Origin: Chiloscyllium plagiosum
Lineage: Eukaryota
DNA: 63,891 nucleotides
Assembly: GCF_004010195.1 (NCBI RefSeq)
Contig: NC_057720.1
Location: forward strand, 17,900,609-17,964,499
Reading direction: 5' to 3'
Both the position numbers and the translations under genes were made by a program. Of this stretch, positions 1-12,557 are shown piece by piece (positions within the stretch are counted from its first letter, which is position 1; every line of letters starts with the position of its first letter). Below the pieces are notes generated by a model. That model worked only from the letters and a program-made list of their open reading frames with translations, searched no databases and was not told where the DNA came from.

Positions 1-193
1 GATAGGTCAGGGAGTGTGCAATAGGTCATCTCCTTCCCCACTGACCTATTGTACTCTATGCCACTCTCTCCCCACCCCCACCCTCCTCTAGCTTATCTCT
101 CCACGCTTCAGGCTCTCTGCCTTTAATCCTGATGAAGGGCTTTTGCCCGAAACGTCGATTTTGCCTGTCCTCTGATGCTGCCTGAATTGCTAT
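1..193 (+). mobile_element. Penelope-like element 3' terminus (pLTR fragment) with hammerhead motif
   Basis: Closely matches the Penelope 3' end at 28490-28670; short inverted segment at 1-28. Confidence 0.8.
125..160 (+). ncRNA. minimal type I hammerhead ribozyme motif
   Basis: aatc-CTGATGA-a-GGGC tttt GCCC-GAAA-CGTC-gatt: core boxes, 4-bp stem II, stem I aatc/gatt, palindromic ACGT stem III. Confidence 0.75.
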
Positions 194-194
194 T

Positions 195-650
195 TACCAT
201 GATGTTAACTGACTGGAGAGTATCCAGTTATGAAGAGAGGTTGGACAGACTGGGGTGTATTCCTTAGAGCAGAGAAGACTGAGAAAGGATGCGATTGAGA
301 TGTATAAAATTTGAGAGGCATAGGTAGAGAGTAGTCAAGAAGCAATATATTAGGATGGAGGAAGCAATAACGAGGGCATAGATACAAGGTAAAGGGCAGA
401 AGTCTTTAGAGGAGATATGAGGAAAAACATTTTCACCTCAAGAATGGGGGGAATGTGGAACTCACTTCTTCTATGAGTGATAGAGATAGAAACCTTCATA
501 ATATTTAAGATAAATATTTAGATGTACATTTGTGATGCTAAGGCATATGCAGCCATGGTCCAAGTGCTAGAAAATGGGACTAGAAGAGTTTTTGACCAGC
601 GTGAATGTGATGGACCAAAGGGCCTTCCTCTGTGATGTAGATTTCTGACT
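195..650 (+). mobile_element. degenerate CR1/HER1-type LINE 3' end
   Basis: Similar to the CR1 ORF2 C-terminus and tail at 23100-23812. Confidence 0.75.
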
Positions 651-931
651 CAATAAATCATTCTTGGCCCCTATTTTTCAAAACTCTGATATTAGTCTTC
701 TAATTATTGTTAATCAATGTAGTTTCCCCTGGAAACAAAATATTGCACAAAATTCTGATCTAAAACCCTTTTTCAAGTATTTTACCTTCATTTACTTTTC
801 TGGGTAACAGAACCAATGAACTGTGCTGTAGTGTCCCACAATTTGTTAATTGTGGTACAGTTCTCAATGTTCCCAATATTCTCCTTGCCCTGCTCTGTCT
901 TGTATTCACATCAATATAGACCTGTTTTCAG

Positions 932-1058
932 GCGGTCCAGGCTAATAACTGTTTTGATGAAGGATACCATATCAATTTTAAAGTATTTACGTGAGTACAG
1001 CACACTGGTGTTGAGGAACCTCAGCCAGTTTGGCAGCATTGTGATGAGAGAAACCGAG
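932..1058 (+). other. candidate exon of unidentified host gene
   Basis: Acceptor cctgttttcag, donor gag|gtaatt, one open frame (RSRLITVLMKDTISILKYLREYSTLVLRNLSQFGSIVMRETE); non-repetitive context; product not recognised. Confidence 0.25.
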
Positions 1059-1480
1059 GTAATTTTTTGAGTCCATTATGGCTCTTCATTATTGTTTTGT
1101 GGTTATTCCTTTTTTATTTTGCAACTTGTTTGATCATGTCATTGGAGTTTCATTATATTTGGTTTTATTCTAGATTGTCAAGAAGATTGGACACGTTTGA
1201 TGTTTTGTTTCAATGGAGTCCCAGGTTCCAACTAACCAACAGAATTAACAAGAATTGTTTTTGAAAAAGTAAGCATAATGTATTTCCATGATACAAAACT
1301 TATACTTTAATTAACCTTTAACATACTGCCTATGTTAAGGTACTTTATTTCAAAAAGTAAATCATGTTAGATCACAACGTCTAAATAAACATTTTTGACA
1401 CCTGCTAGTGTGATGTATTTTGAGTAATTATATTAGTGTTTTGATGGGAAAAGTAACAATTTCAATTTCATGTTGCACAG

Positions 1481-1603
1481 GTTCATTTGGATACTTTGCT
1501 CATTCATATAAAAAACTAAAAAAAAACAAGAAAGAGAAAATCACCCTATTGCAAAGGTCTAATTCTAATATGTAGTTAAGATTCTCCAATACACTAAAAT
1601 CTG
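1481..1603 (+). other. candidate exon (terminal-coding or non-coding)
   Basis: Acceptor tgttgcacag, donor ctg|gtaagt; all three frames contain stops. Confidence 0.2.
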
Positions 1604-2605
1604 GTAAGTTCCTCATCCAGTCACCAAATTACTATTAAATGTCTTTCTAGAAAAAGGCATGCATTAGCTCAAGATCCAATTTTTACTGCATGTGAAAAAG
1701 TGTAGGCTTTTCTGTGAACACACATAACAGTAATGAGATGAGGAGTGATTCTCATTGTTCGTGACACTCTTTACTTTCATCAAGATCATTCAACAATAGA
1801 CTTAATCACAAAAGGTCCGTTCATCAAATCCCCTTCTTATCTACTCAGTAATTTTTATACTTTTTAAAAAATAGTCTATTTTCCTAGCACCACCGTATCA
1901 GGGGAGACATCCAAAAAGGATAGCAGCGTTTCAGATTGTGGGATCAACTTTAAAGGATTTTAATTTTGAGATAGTAGGACCATTTATGTTCCTTGGTGAC
2001 TGCATTTGTACACCGTTCTCCATCTCGACTTATTTTGATATATAGAAATTTGTCACTAGTAATTATTTCAATTTCCACATCATGAATCATCTTGGGAGCA
2101 ATATGAATAATTGTTTTTTTCTAGTCTTTAATTTGTTCTCCCTTTTTGTTTAGTGTCAAAGAATTGTTACTGGACCATTTTGAGTTTCTCCTATAACTTA
2201 CTTTGCTATTCCTTTTGAGATTTAAAAGTACCATATCCGCATACTTAATGTCACCATAGTGTGATCAACATTCACTCATCTAGAGGATGAAAGGCAACAG
2301 TGAAAGAAAACAACCATGAGGAGATCCAATAATTGTTATAGTGCTCTGAGAAAAACCTTGGAGATGAACAACAACAATGTAAGGCTCATAAATAAGATAT
2401 GCATTTGATTGTTTTAAAGTTTAAATCTCCGTACCACTTAACATATTCCATCTTCATGTCTCAGTTGTGATGGAATTTATCAATTCTGGATTGGGAACGT
2501 TTTTAAGCACATACCTCAAAGGAGCACAAAACCAATAAGATGCAGTTCAGCTTTTAAAAAAGTGAACATTGCTAGCTGCAGTCTTGAGAATAATCACCTT
2601 GGTTA

Positions 2606-2713
2606 CATGGACATCAATTATGCAAATTTCAGATTATTCGAACAAGATATCGAGGTCCGAACAATCAATCAGTTGTCCCCGCCTGTCTTGTTCGGATAAT
2701 CAAGATTGTTCTG
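2606..2713. mobile_element. short internally deleted Tigger/pogo-like MITE
   Basis: TA on both flanks; shares attatNcgaa subterminal motifs and the ttcggataat...ctgTA end with the element at 48000-48714. Confidence 0.6.
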
Positions 2714-3220
2714 TATATAAATGTCTTAATGATACACAAGCTTTTTTCCCCTTTTTCACATCACCACTTGATTTATATGATTTATTTATTGTCACATATA
2801 ACTTGTTATAAAATACAGTAAAAAGTATTGTATAGCATCGCCACTGCCTGGCGCCATCTTGAAACACTGAAAATAAATCAAAACATAGAATTAAAGCAAG
2901 TGTCCAACTTCACAGTCCTCCTTGTTACATGCTCCATCATGGGCCTCGTGGCCAGGCATGAATCCCTTCGCAGTGCTGCCACCATTGGAACAAAAGTCCC
3001 CATTCTTCAGTGCCATCTCTCCTCCACCAATGCCTTTGCCACTGAATCCTCGCCAATGCAGACATCCCCAATGCTGCTGGGTACCAAACCAGCTCAAACT
3101 ACTCTGCTGCCGCCACAGTCCATGCTGCTGGGCCCATTCGCTCCTGCTGATGTTGCAACTGAGCTCTTCACCAAGAGGTACGTAAAATAAAAAAGAAGAG
3201 AAAAAAGATGAGAGGAGAGA

Positions 3221-3531
3221 GATCAGATTCCTTACAGTCTAGAAACAGGCCCTTCGGCCTAACAAGTCCACACCAACCCTCCAAAGAATAACCCACCCAT
3301 ACCCATTTCTCTATGACTAATGCACCTAACACTATGGGCAATTTAGAATGGCCAGTTCACCTGACCGGCACATCTTTGGACTGTGGGAGGAAACCGGAGC
3401 ACCCGGAGGAAACCCACACAAACACTGGGAGAATGTGCAAACTCCACACACAGTCACCCAAGGCTGGAATCAAACCTGGGTCCCTGGTGCTGTGAGGCAG
3501 CAGTGCTTACCACTGAGCCACTGTGCCACCC
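3221..3531 (-). mobile_element. HE1-type tRNA-derived SINE
   Basis: tRNA-like head (ggtggcacagtggctcagtggtaagcactgctgcctcacagc), CR1-like tail, matches other copies in the window. Confidence 0.9.
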
Positions 3532-4889
3532 AGAGAAATTAAGAAAAGAAACAAAAAGAAAAGTGGACAGAGCGGACAAGCTCCAGGCTCAAAAGTCCTA
3601 CTCCATCATCTTACCTGAAGTTATCTCCCATCTTGGAATAAATAGCATTGCTCCCCACTGAATCTAGTAACTTGTTGATGTTGGGAAGTTAAGTTAAGTC
3701 TGAATAGGACTTCCCTTGTATTTCTCTGTTCACATACATGTTCAACATTTTAATGGAAAGATAGCATTTATCTCTATTTTGATAGTTTGTCTTAAACCTA
3801 TTCCTTTTGTGACATGGCAAGAAACATTGATAACATTTGTAATGAAGTCAACGAATTGCTAGTACATTGCTAGTACATTGAAGGAGGTATTAGATCCTTA
3901 ATATTGAGGGGCATATGACATTCAAGAATAACAGGCAACAGAAATTTGCCATATTTCCATGGACCACAGGGCTGTGCTCTTATTAAAGAGAGATGATGGT
4001 GATGGATTTATCCTCAGGGTCTCCACACCTCACATGAGTAGCGAGATTGTGAAGGCAGGACCTTCATGTTAATCTCTTGCAGTGCAGGAAGAAACTAGGT
4101 AAAGGTGGAATGGTAGCTTTTCATAAAGGATGGCACTGGGCCAGTAGTTAAAGATGCCCTTGGTTCAGGAGATTAAAATGTAAAAATACTTTTGATGGAG
4201 GTGAGAGAAAGTAAGGGAAAGATGTTGCTAGCGGATGTCACAGGCCCTCTATCAGTAACCATGATGCAGAAAAGCGTGAGGAATATTGGGTGCTTGGGAT
4301 AAAGGTACAGCAATCATCATGTGATTTTAATTTATGTAGAAACGATAAACATCAAATTGTCATTGGTAGCCAGAAGGCTTTTGGAAATAAGAGAAGGTTA
4401 TAGAAACAGAAATTAAGAGCAGTGGTAGGCCATTGGCTCTGAGTCTGCTCATCATACACTATGATCATGGCTAGTCATCCAAATCAATAACCTTTTCCCA
4501 TTTTTTCTCCATACTGTTCGATCACTTAAGCCACAATTATATCTAATTCCTTAAAAATGTTCAGTGTTTTGGTCTCAACTGCTTTCTGTGACAGAGAATT
4601 CCACAGGCTCACCACTCTGGATGAAAAAAATTGCACCATCCTTGTCAGCATTGTCAGTTATATTTACAGAACTAGTGGGTAAAGTTAGCAACTTTACAAT
4701 TATTTCAATTTTTGAGTCTGTTGTCGAGCAATGTGCCCTTTGAAGGAGCTGTGTTAAACTGACTAAATTTATAACTTTAAAGATCTTTAAAGAAAAGCCT
4801 CATCTTTAATATTTCTAGCTTTTTAAGTTGTGGTGATAGGTCATACAAGTGAAATATTAACTGTTTCTCCCTTGGAGAAAATGAGGACT

Positions 4890-5015
4890 GAAGATCTCAG
4901 AAAGCACAGCAGGTCAGGCAGCATCCGAGGAGCAGGAGAATCAATACTTCAGCCGTGAGCCCTTCATCAGGAATGAGGCTTATGGGCCGTGGCTGAGAGA
5001 GAAATGGGAGGATTC
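4890..5015 (-). mobile_element. decayed Penelope pLTR fragment with degenerate hammerhead
   Basis: cagcaggtcaggcagcatccgaggagcaggagaatc...cccttcatcaggaat; GAAA box mutated. Confidence 0.65.
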
Positions 5016-5029
5016 CAGAAATAGGGTAA

Positions 5030-5770
5030 GCCAACCATGGTTAACCAAAGAAGTGTAAGGATAGCATTAAATTGAAAGAAAATTATATCATGTGGCAAAT
5101 ACTCATGGTAAGCCAGAGAATTAGGGAAGTTTTAAAAACCAACAAAAGATAACTAAAAAATGGGACGGAAAGTAAACGTTGAGGGTAAGCGTGCAAATAA
5201 TATCAAGATAGACAACAAAATCATCTTTTAAATATATAAAAAGGAAGGAGAGGCCAAAGTAAACATTCCTTAGTGAGTGAAGCTAGGAAAATAGAAATTA
5301 GGAACCAATGGGAAATGATGGAGAGTTGAGTAAATTTCTTGCATCAGTCTTCACAGTAGAATAAAATAATATCATTCCAAAAATACTAAAGAATGAAGGT
5401 GCAAAAAGGGGAGAGGGAATGCATACGATAATAGTCACTAGTGACAAAGGACTAAGGAAGTGATGGGGCTAAAGATTGAAGTCCCGTGGACCTGATGGGT
5501 TACATCCTAAGATATTAAAAGAAATAGCTAGAGAGGTGGTAGACACACTAGTCATCATCTTCCTATAATGTTTAGATCCAAATAAGTGCTGGAGGATCAG
5601 AATACTGCCAATCTTACCACCTCATTCAAAAAGGCAAAAAAAGAGACACTGTAGGACATTGGACTTAACTCTGTTCATACTAGAATTTATTATAAAGGAT
5701 ATATTTTATTGGTGGCACAGACTTAATGGGCTGAATGATCTACTTCTGCTCCTACATCTTGTGGCTTTAT
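5030..5770 (+). mobile_element. old CR1 LINE fragments
   Basis: Decayed KSPGPDG/HPRILKE-like segment followed by a tail. Confidence 0.65.
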
Positions 5771-7778
5771 GGTCTTATCTAAATAACAATGAGTGCATTA
5801 TTACAGGAATACTAAATAAATTCTGTACTAATGCCAGCTCATTCTGGTTCAGACTACTTTTTTGACCAATACAAATGCCAATAGCTGAGCAAGTGAAGCA
5901 ATGATAAAAACTGATTATCATTATTTGTTTTATCAATATAACTCTGTCAACAGCAATATACTTTCAAATCTCTTCAATACTCAGTCTGGTTGTTGCTTGT
6001 CCACAGCATATTTGTTCCCTAAGCAGCACATTCTAGATTGCTGTGCAGCTGTATACCATGGAATTTGGAAGACCATTGGTCAACACCTTTCCTTCATGTC
6101 AGAGTACATTTAATGAATTGTAAACCAAACACATCAAACATTTTTGGCATCAATGTCAACTTAATTAAATGGAAGACACTGGTAAGACAGTGTTGCTGCA
6201 TCGTGCCTTTTCTTTGAAGATGCCTATCTTTGTGTGACTCGAGCCTTTTAGTTGGGCTACCTTTAACCTTGCATACATCAGTATCCTGTAGAAAGATTTG
6301 TCCTAAATTGGATTGTGTTAGAGATGGCATTAATGTGCAACAAAGATTTGTTTTGTTGGGTCACTTTGACAACCTTATAGCCTTCATCCTAAGTTGGAAT
6401 AAAAATGTTTGTCAGCCTATTGGTGTTTGATATGACATCCACATAATGAAAACCACAAGTAATCATCCAATCATAGTCAGCTCAGCTCAGATCTATCTAT
6501 AATTTAGCAGTGAGATGCTGTACTTCTGCAATGTCATTATGACAATGAAAATTTTAAAACCAGTTACTCAAAAGGACCAGTTGTACAAATGACTACTTGT
6601 GGTTAGGAATCCATGTGGTTTCTTCCTGCCTCATGCTTAGTGAGTAACAGAAGTTTATATTAACAACTACACAAAGCAGGAGGGATAATTCTCTGTGGAG
6701 GAGAGAAAGTCATGGGGATATTTAATGGAGGTGCTCAAAGTTGAGGGATTTTGATAGTGTAGATAGGAAGAAACTATTTCCACTCACAAAGGGCTCAGTG
6801 ACTTGAGAACACCAGTTTAAGGTAATTGGCAAAAAGCTAGATTAGAGATGAGAAGAAAAAAAGAACATAGTGAGTCATGTGATCTGCCTGAAAAGGTGGT
6901 GGAAGCAAATTACATAGTAACTTGTAAAAGAGAATTGGATATATACATTAAGTAGAGAAAACCGAGGACAATGGGCAAAGACTAGACTTATGGAACTAAC
7001 TGGATAGATCTTCCAAAGTGTTAGTAAAGGCACAGGCACAATGGACTTCCTTTTTTTATTATTAATTTAAGCGGGTTTGATTCAGTTCCTCGTGGGAATG
7101 AGCCCAACGAAAATACTGGCACTTAATTGGTGATTTCCCTTAGTCTGCAGAATGATTGGGGTACAAAATGCTGAAATTATATTCTGGTACAGTGGAAGAT
7201 CATCTTCTGTTGCTGGAAGTGATGCAGAGCAAAGGCTGCAATAATAATTGAGCTGTGTGATTCATGTGACACTAACCTAGAAGTTCAATGACATCTCGTT
7301 GGTGCTTAGGGGCAAAGAAGGTACCTAACCTTCCATGATGGCAGGCATGGTGCATATGTAAAATGGAGACTTGTACAAAAGCTTTGGAATCTTCATGTTG
7401 AGAAAAATTGTGACCTGATCTTATTTTGAATAATTCCTTGTTGTGCAATGGTTTTATTGAGCATGCAATCTTATGAACTGAAACTTGGTTGAGGGAAGAG
7501 CGGTGAATGTTGTTTACATGGATTTTAGTAAGGCTTTTGATAAGGTCTGTCATGGTTAGCTTATCCACAAAATTGTGGATCCCATGTATCTTAGTGACTT
7601 GGCCATGTGAATTCAGAATTGGCTTGCCATAAAAGACAGGGTAGTGATGGAAGAATGTTTATCAGGCTGGGGGTCCGTGATAACTGGTGTTCAACAGGGA
7701 TCCATACTGAGACCTCTGCTGTTTGTGATATATATGAATGACTTGGATGAAAATGTAGATGGGTGTGTTAGTAAGGTT

Positions 7779-7877
7779 CTGGATTAGTGGTGCTGGAAGA
7801 GCACAGCAATTCAGGCAGCATCCGAGGACAGGCAAAATCGACGTTTCGGGCAAAAGCCCTTCATCAGGAATAAAAGC
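7779..7877 (-). mobile_element. short Penelope-derived insertion with intact hammerhead motif (7836-7871)
   Basis: Minus strand CTGATGA a GGGC tttt GCCC GAAA CGTC gatt; gttagtaaggtt duplicated at 7767-7778 and 7896-7907. Confidence 0.8.
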
Positions 7878-8434
7878 TAGTAAGGTTGTAAGGTTGTTAG
7901 TAAGGTTGCAGATGATATGAAGATCAGTGGAGGTGTGGTTAGTGTAGAAGGTTGTCAAAGGATATAGATCAGTTGCAAGTATGGGGAAGAAATGGCAATG
8001 GAGTGTAATCCAGGTAAATGGTTGATGTTGCACTTTTGAAGATCAAATGTTAAGAGAAAAGTATATAGTTAATGGCAGGATTCTGAACAGCATTGATGTA
8101 CAGAAGGATCTTTGGGTTCAAGTCCAAAGCTCCCTGAAAGTAGCCAAGCACACAGATATGGTGTAAAGAAGGCATATGGCAAGCTTGCCTTTATTGGTCA
8201 GGGAATTGAAGACAAGAGTCAGGCTGTCATGTTGCAGCTTTTTAAGACTTTGGTTAGGCCACACTTGGAGTACTGTATTCAGTTTTGGTCACCCATTACA
8301 GGAAGGATGTGGAGGCTTCAAAGAGGATGCTGAAGAAGTTTACCAGAATGCTGCCTGGATTAGAGGGTAGAAACTATAAGGAGAGGTTAGAAAAACTCAA
8401 CTTGTTTTTTCTTGAGCAGCAAAGGTTGATTTTT

Positions 8435-8729
8435 GATTAGATTAGACTAGATTCCCTACAGTGCAAAAACAGGCCCTTCGGCCCACCTTTGAAGAATAAC
8501 CAACCCAGACCCATTTCTCTCTGACGAATGCACCAAACATTACGGGTAATTTAGCATGGCCAATCCACCTGACCTGCACATTTTTAGACTGTGGGAGGAA
8601 ACCGGAGCACCCAGAGTAAACCCACGCAGACACTGGGAGAATGTTCAAACTCCACACAGTCACCCAAGGCTGGAATCAACCCTGGGTGCCTGGTGCTGTG
8701 AGGCAGTAGTGCTAAACACTGAGCCACCC
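8435..8729 (-). mobile_element. HE1-type SINE
   Basis: Matches other HE1 copies; gattag-repeat tail; nested in CR1. Confidence 0.9.
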
Positions 8730-9569
8730 TTTGGGGAAACTTGATAGAAGTCTATAAAATTATGAGAGACATAAATAGGGTTGGTGGTCAAATCTTTTTG
8801 CCAGAGTTGAAATGTCAAATACTAGGGAGCATGTTAGGGGGAAAAGTTCAAAGGTGCTGTGAGGAACAAGTTTTTTTTAAGCAGAGTGTGGCAGGAGTCT
8901 AGAATATGCTGCCAGGGTGGTAATGGAGGCATATACAATAGGGGCATTTAAGGGACTGGTAGGTAAGCACATAAATATGCAAAGAACGGAGGGATATGGA
9001 CCAATGACAGGCAGAAGGGATTAGTTTCATTTGGTGTCATGTTTGGCACAATATCATGGGCTGAAGGACCCATACCTGTGCTATACAGTTCTTTTTTTCT
9101 GTGTTCTATGTTCTTGGCCATAAATCATCATTATCTAGGGAATAAAGTGCCATAGATCATAAATACTCCTCTTTGTCATTATAACAGTGATGTCCTTCCT
9201 TACTATCTGAGGAAATTTGTTCTTTACCATGCTTGTATAAAATTTATTCAAAGCAACCATTTCATTGGTGAGTGGAAGGGGAGGGCAAAACTTGCAAGAT
9301 GTGGACCAAATTGGGTGGCTCAGCCAAAGGATTTGCACATGCATGGTAAGCTGAAAGGCTGCTTTCCATTTTGGATCATTCAATCTTTTTATTGGATATG
9401 ATTGAACTGTCCCACACAATTTCAGAACACATTCTTCATAAGAGGTAAACAATTAGGTTGGTTCACAAATTAGTTAAATAATACAGTTAAGGGTGTTGAA
9501 CAGACCAATAGCTGACTAATCAGTTATGCCATTTAACTAAGTCCTCTCAAATTTTCTCAATGAATTTAT

Positions 9570-10150
9570 AGACATGTCCCTATCTCCATTAATGAGCTAG
9601 AGATGGTAGAGAGCATCAAGTGGTAATGACAATTACCAACAATCTGTCCTGGACTATCCACATTGATGCGACTGTCAAGAAGGCACAATAACACTTTTGC
9701 CTCAAGAGGCTAAGGAAATTCACCAACATTTACAGATGTACGATAGAAAGTATTCCGTCTGAATGTTTCGCAGCATGGTATGGCAACTGCTTTGCCCAGC
9801 ATCGTTAAGAAAGGCAGAGAGTTGTGAACATAGCCCAGTCCATCATGCAAGCTGACCTTCCATCCTTCAACTCCAGCTACACTTCTCACTGCCTTGGAAA
9901 GGCAGCCAACATCTTTAAAGATCCCTCCACCCCAGTTATAATCTCTTCCAATCTCTTCTGTCAGGTAGAAGATACAAAAACTTAAACACACATACCAACA
10001 AGTTCAAGAACAGCTTCTTCTCTACTGTTATTAGACTTCTGAATGGGCCTCTTAAATCTAATGTTAATCTTGCATTTTCTGATCCTACTTTGCAGCTGTA
10101 ACTTTGTATTCCTCACTCTGTTTCTATCACCAAACCTGTGGTATAATCTG
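9570..10150 (+). mobile_element. Rex1/Babar-like LINE 3' fragment
   Basis: Decayed VKKAQ..LKRLRKF, YRCTIESI, AWYGNC and FKNSFF motifs. Confidence 0.65.
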
Positions 10151-10323
10151 CCTATATTGCATTCAAAACAAAACAATAGTAAATCACATAAGTAAAGCTT
10201 ATTGTTTTATTCCTCAATAAGAGTGAAATTATCTTTGAAAAATGGGTAAATGTAAGCTTGTTTAACTTAATTTATCCATTTTCTACTGCAGTTCCAATTA
10301 ATCTGAGTCATAAATTGCATCCT

Positions 10324-10614
10324 ATTAGATTACTTACAGTATGGAAACAGGCCCTTCGGCCCAACAAGTCCACACCAACCCTTCAAAGAGCAACCTACCC
10401 AGACCCATTCCCCTACATTTTACTACTTCACCTAACACTACGGGCAATTTAGCCTGGCCAATTCATCTAACCTGCACATCTTTTGACTGTGGGAGGAAAC
10501 CGGAGCAAACCCACGCAGACACTGGGAGAATGTGCAAACTCCACACAGACAGTTGCCCGAGGTGGGAATTGAACCCAGGTCTCTGGTGCAGCAGTACTAA
10601 CCACTGTGTCACCC
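10324..10614 (-). mobile_element. HE1-type SINE
   Basis: Matches other HE1 copies. Confidence 0.9.
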
Positions 10615-11141
10615 TTACACCATTTATATTTTGGTTCCACTTAGAACTATTGATGCTTTTTTTTATATTTAATTTGCAATCTCGGGTGAAGGGAGTTCGC
10701 AAGACTGTGCGATTTAAAAATAATCCAACAATGTAATCACACATAGTCCAGATAATTCAATCAGAGGGCAACTGCTACAAGTAGTCAACAGGAATTTTTT
10801 TGTGTTATCAAGCTCGCAATCAAAGCATTAATATCACAGGTGGTATGGCAACAAATGAAATAGTTTGTCACTTGTTCTCAAATTTGACTGCTGTTTCCCA
10901 CCCAGTTCACTTACCCTGTCATTGTCCTCATTTTTACTCCTTCAAATCAAAGGAATAAAATTCAAGCTTACCTGGCACACAGCTGCTCTAGTCATCAACT
11001 GTCAGATTTGGCTCAACTATGTTAAATATCAACATAAAGACTATCTTTGAAGTTGTAAACACACAACTTTCTCCCACCCTAACCTTGTTTCAATTTCCCA
11101 CCTACTCGAACGCTAGGTTATAGTATTTTCTGAGTTCTAGC

Positions 11142-11306
11142 GTCTCTGTCTCTGTGTCTCTGTCTCTGTCTCTCTCTCTGTCTCTGTCTCTCTCTCTCTC
11201 TCTCTGTCTGTGTCTCTCTCTCTCTCTCCCCCTCTCTCTGTCTCTCTCTGTGTCTCTCTCTCTGTCTCTCTCTCTGTCTCTCTCTCTGTCTCTCTGTCTC
11301 TCTCTC
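11142..11306. repeat. compound (CT)n/(CTGT)n microsatellite
   Basis: Direct inspection; explains the SL/ER low-complexity ORFs. Confidence 0.95.
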
Positions 11307-12279
11307 CAGCCCAGAGAGATTGGAAGAGCTAAAATGTTTTTTTAAAAAGGAAGAAATATTGATCTCAAATGGCTGTAGTGGACTTTGACTACAGATTGAG
11401 GCAAGTGTCATGAGAGCCATATGGAACATACAAAACCATCCGTGCTGAAGTTGTCTAAGAAATCTAAATCAGATCATTAAGGCAGCATCAAAAAATTTTA
11501 GTACATAACTGTGTGATTTCATGTATTAAGTGGTGAAAATCTCACCTACCCCTTAGACAGTTTGGAAGGATGATGAAACTCGACTTAGCGATGCACATTG
11601 AATATATTTCAGCATGTGCTTTTGAACAGCAAAGCAGTGAGGAAGAATGGGTGTTAACAGCAAGAACTGAAAGACTCTTGCCCTATATTTGTCATCATCC
11701 TGGGAGATAGCACATAGTTTTTAAAAAAAGCAAACTGTGGAATCAACCAGTCACCAAAAACTCAAGGATAACTAAAAGCTTTACCACTGGTTAGAGTACC
11801 AATAAGTAAATATAGATCTCAGGTTAAAAAATAACACCTCAAAGTCTCCAAGCACTTTTATTCTCCCTATCTATACCAGATGCAATCCCTTTTAAACTTA
11901 TTACTTGTCTTGTTAACTATGGTTGATGTCACATTTTTATTATTTTTGTTAGGGTTAGTAAGTAATAAAATACTTCTTTCTGTCATTAAAGAAAACCTTA
12001 TAATTAGCTCCTTTATTTAGGTTACTTGATACATCTTTGATTGATGTGTGATACTGCTCTATGCTGAAAAGAAGTAAAATGTTGGCTGCAACCACCCAGT
12101 AGGTGATTATAGAGCTGAATCACCTCTTCACTTATTTGGAACAAGCATCATGGAATCATTATAGAATACTTTTCCATTGAGTCTTCGCAGGATCTCTATA
12201 GAGCAATTGAATTGGTCCCATTTCCCCATTGTATCACCATGGCCCTACAAGTTCCAGAAAGCTAGAACATGCTATCATC

Positions 12280-12367
12280 TCCTCGGATGCTGCCTGACCT
12301 GCTGTGCTTTTCCAGCACCACTCTAATCTTGACTCTGATCTCCAGCATCTGCAATCCTCACTTTCAC
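12280..12367 (+). mobile_element. short Penelope-terminus insertion lacking the hammerhead core
   Basis: Flanked by ctatcatc at 12272-12279 and 12368-12375. Confidence 0.7.
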
Positions 12368-12405
12368 CTATCATCATACTACTGCAGGGGTACAAGACTA
12401 AACAG

Positions 12406-12557
12406 GAGAAAGTGAGGTTTGCAGATGCTGGAGTAAGCAAGTAAGTTATGCAGATGCTGCAGGCCCTTCCTGAAGAAGGGCCTATGCCCGAAATGTCGAT
12501 TCTCCTGTTCCCTGGATGCTGCCTGACCTGCTGCGCTTTTCCAGCAACACATTTTCA
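12406..12557. mobile_element. short inverted Penelope-terminus insertion with hammerhead motif (~12466-12501, +)
   Basis: 16-bp TSD gtacaagactaaacag (12390-12405 / 12558-12573); CTGAAGA a GGGC ctat GCCC GAAA TGTC. Confidence 0.8.

Larger units (their letters stand above)
7330..9112 (+). mobile_element. CR1 LINE RT/3' region interrupted by a hammerhead element and an HE1 SINE
   Basis: DFSKAFDK, QGSIL, RPHLEYCIQFWSP remnants; ttctatgttct tail. Confidence 0.85.

Noticed and set aside
2828..3190. 120-aa ORF in a GC-richer patch
   Set aside because: No recognisable domain; lies in what looks like an interspersed repeat interrupted by HE1
6008..6113. Possible plus-strand terminal exon (YLFPKQHILDCCAAVYHGIWKTIGQHLSFMSEYI*)
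   Set aside because: Only an acceptor-like site supports it; no linked upstream exon in a consistent frame
11118..11429. ORFs rich in ER/SL repeats
   Set aside because: Translations of the CT microsatellite
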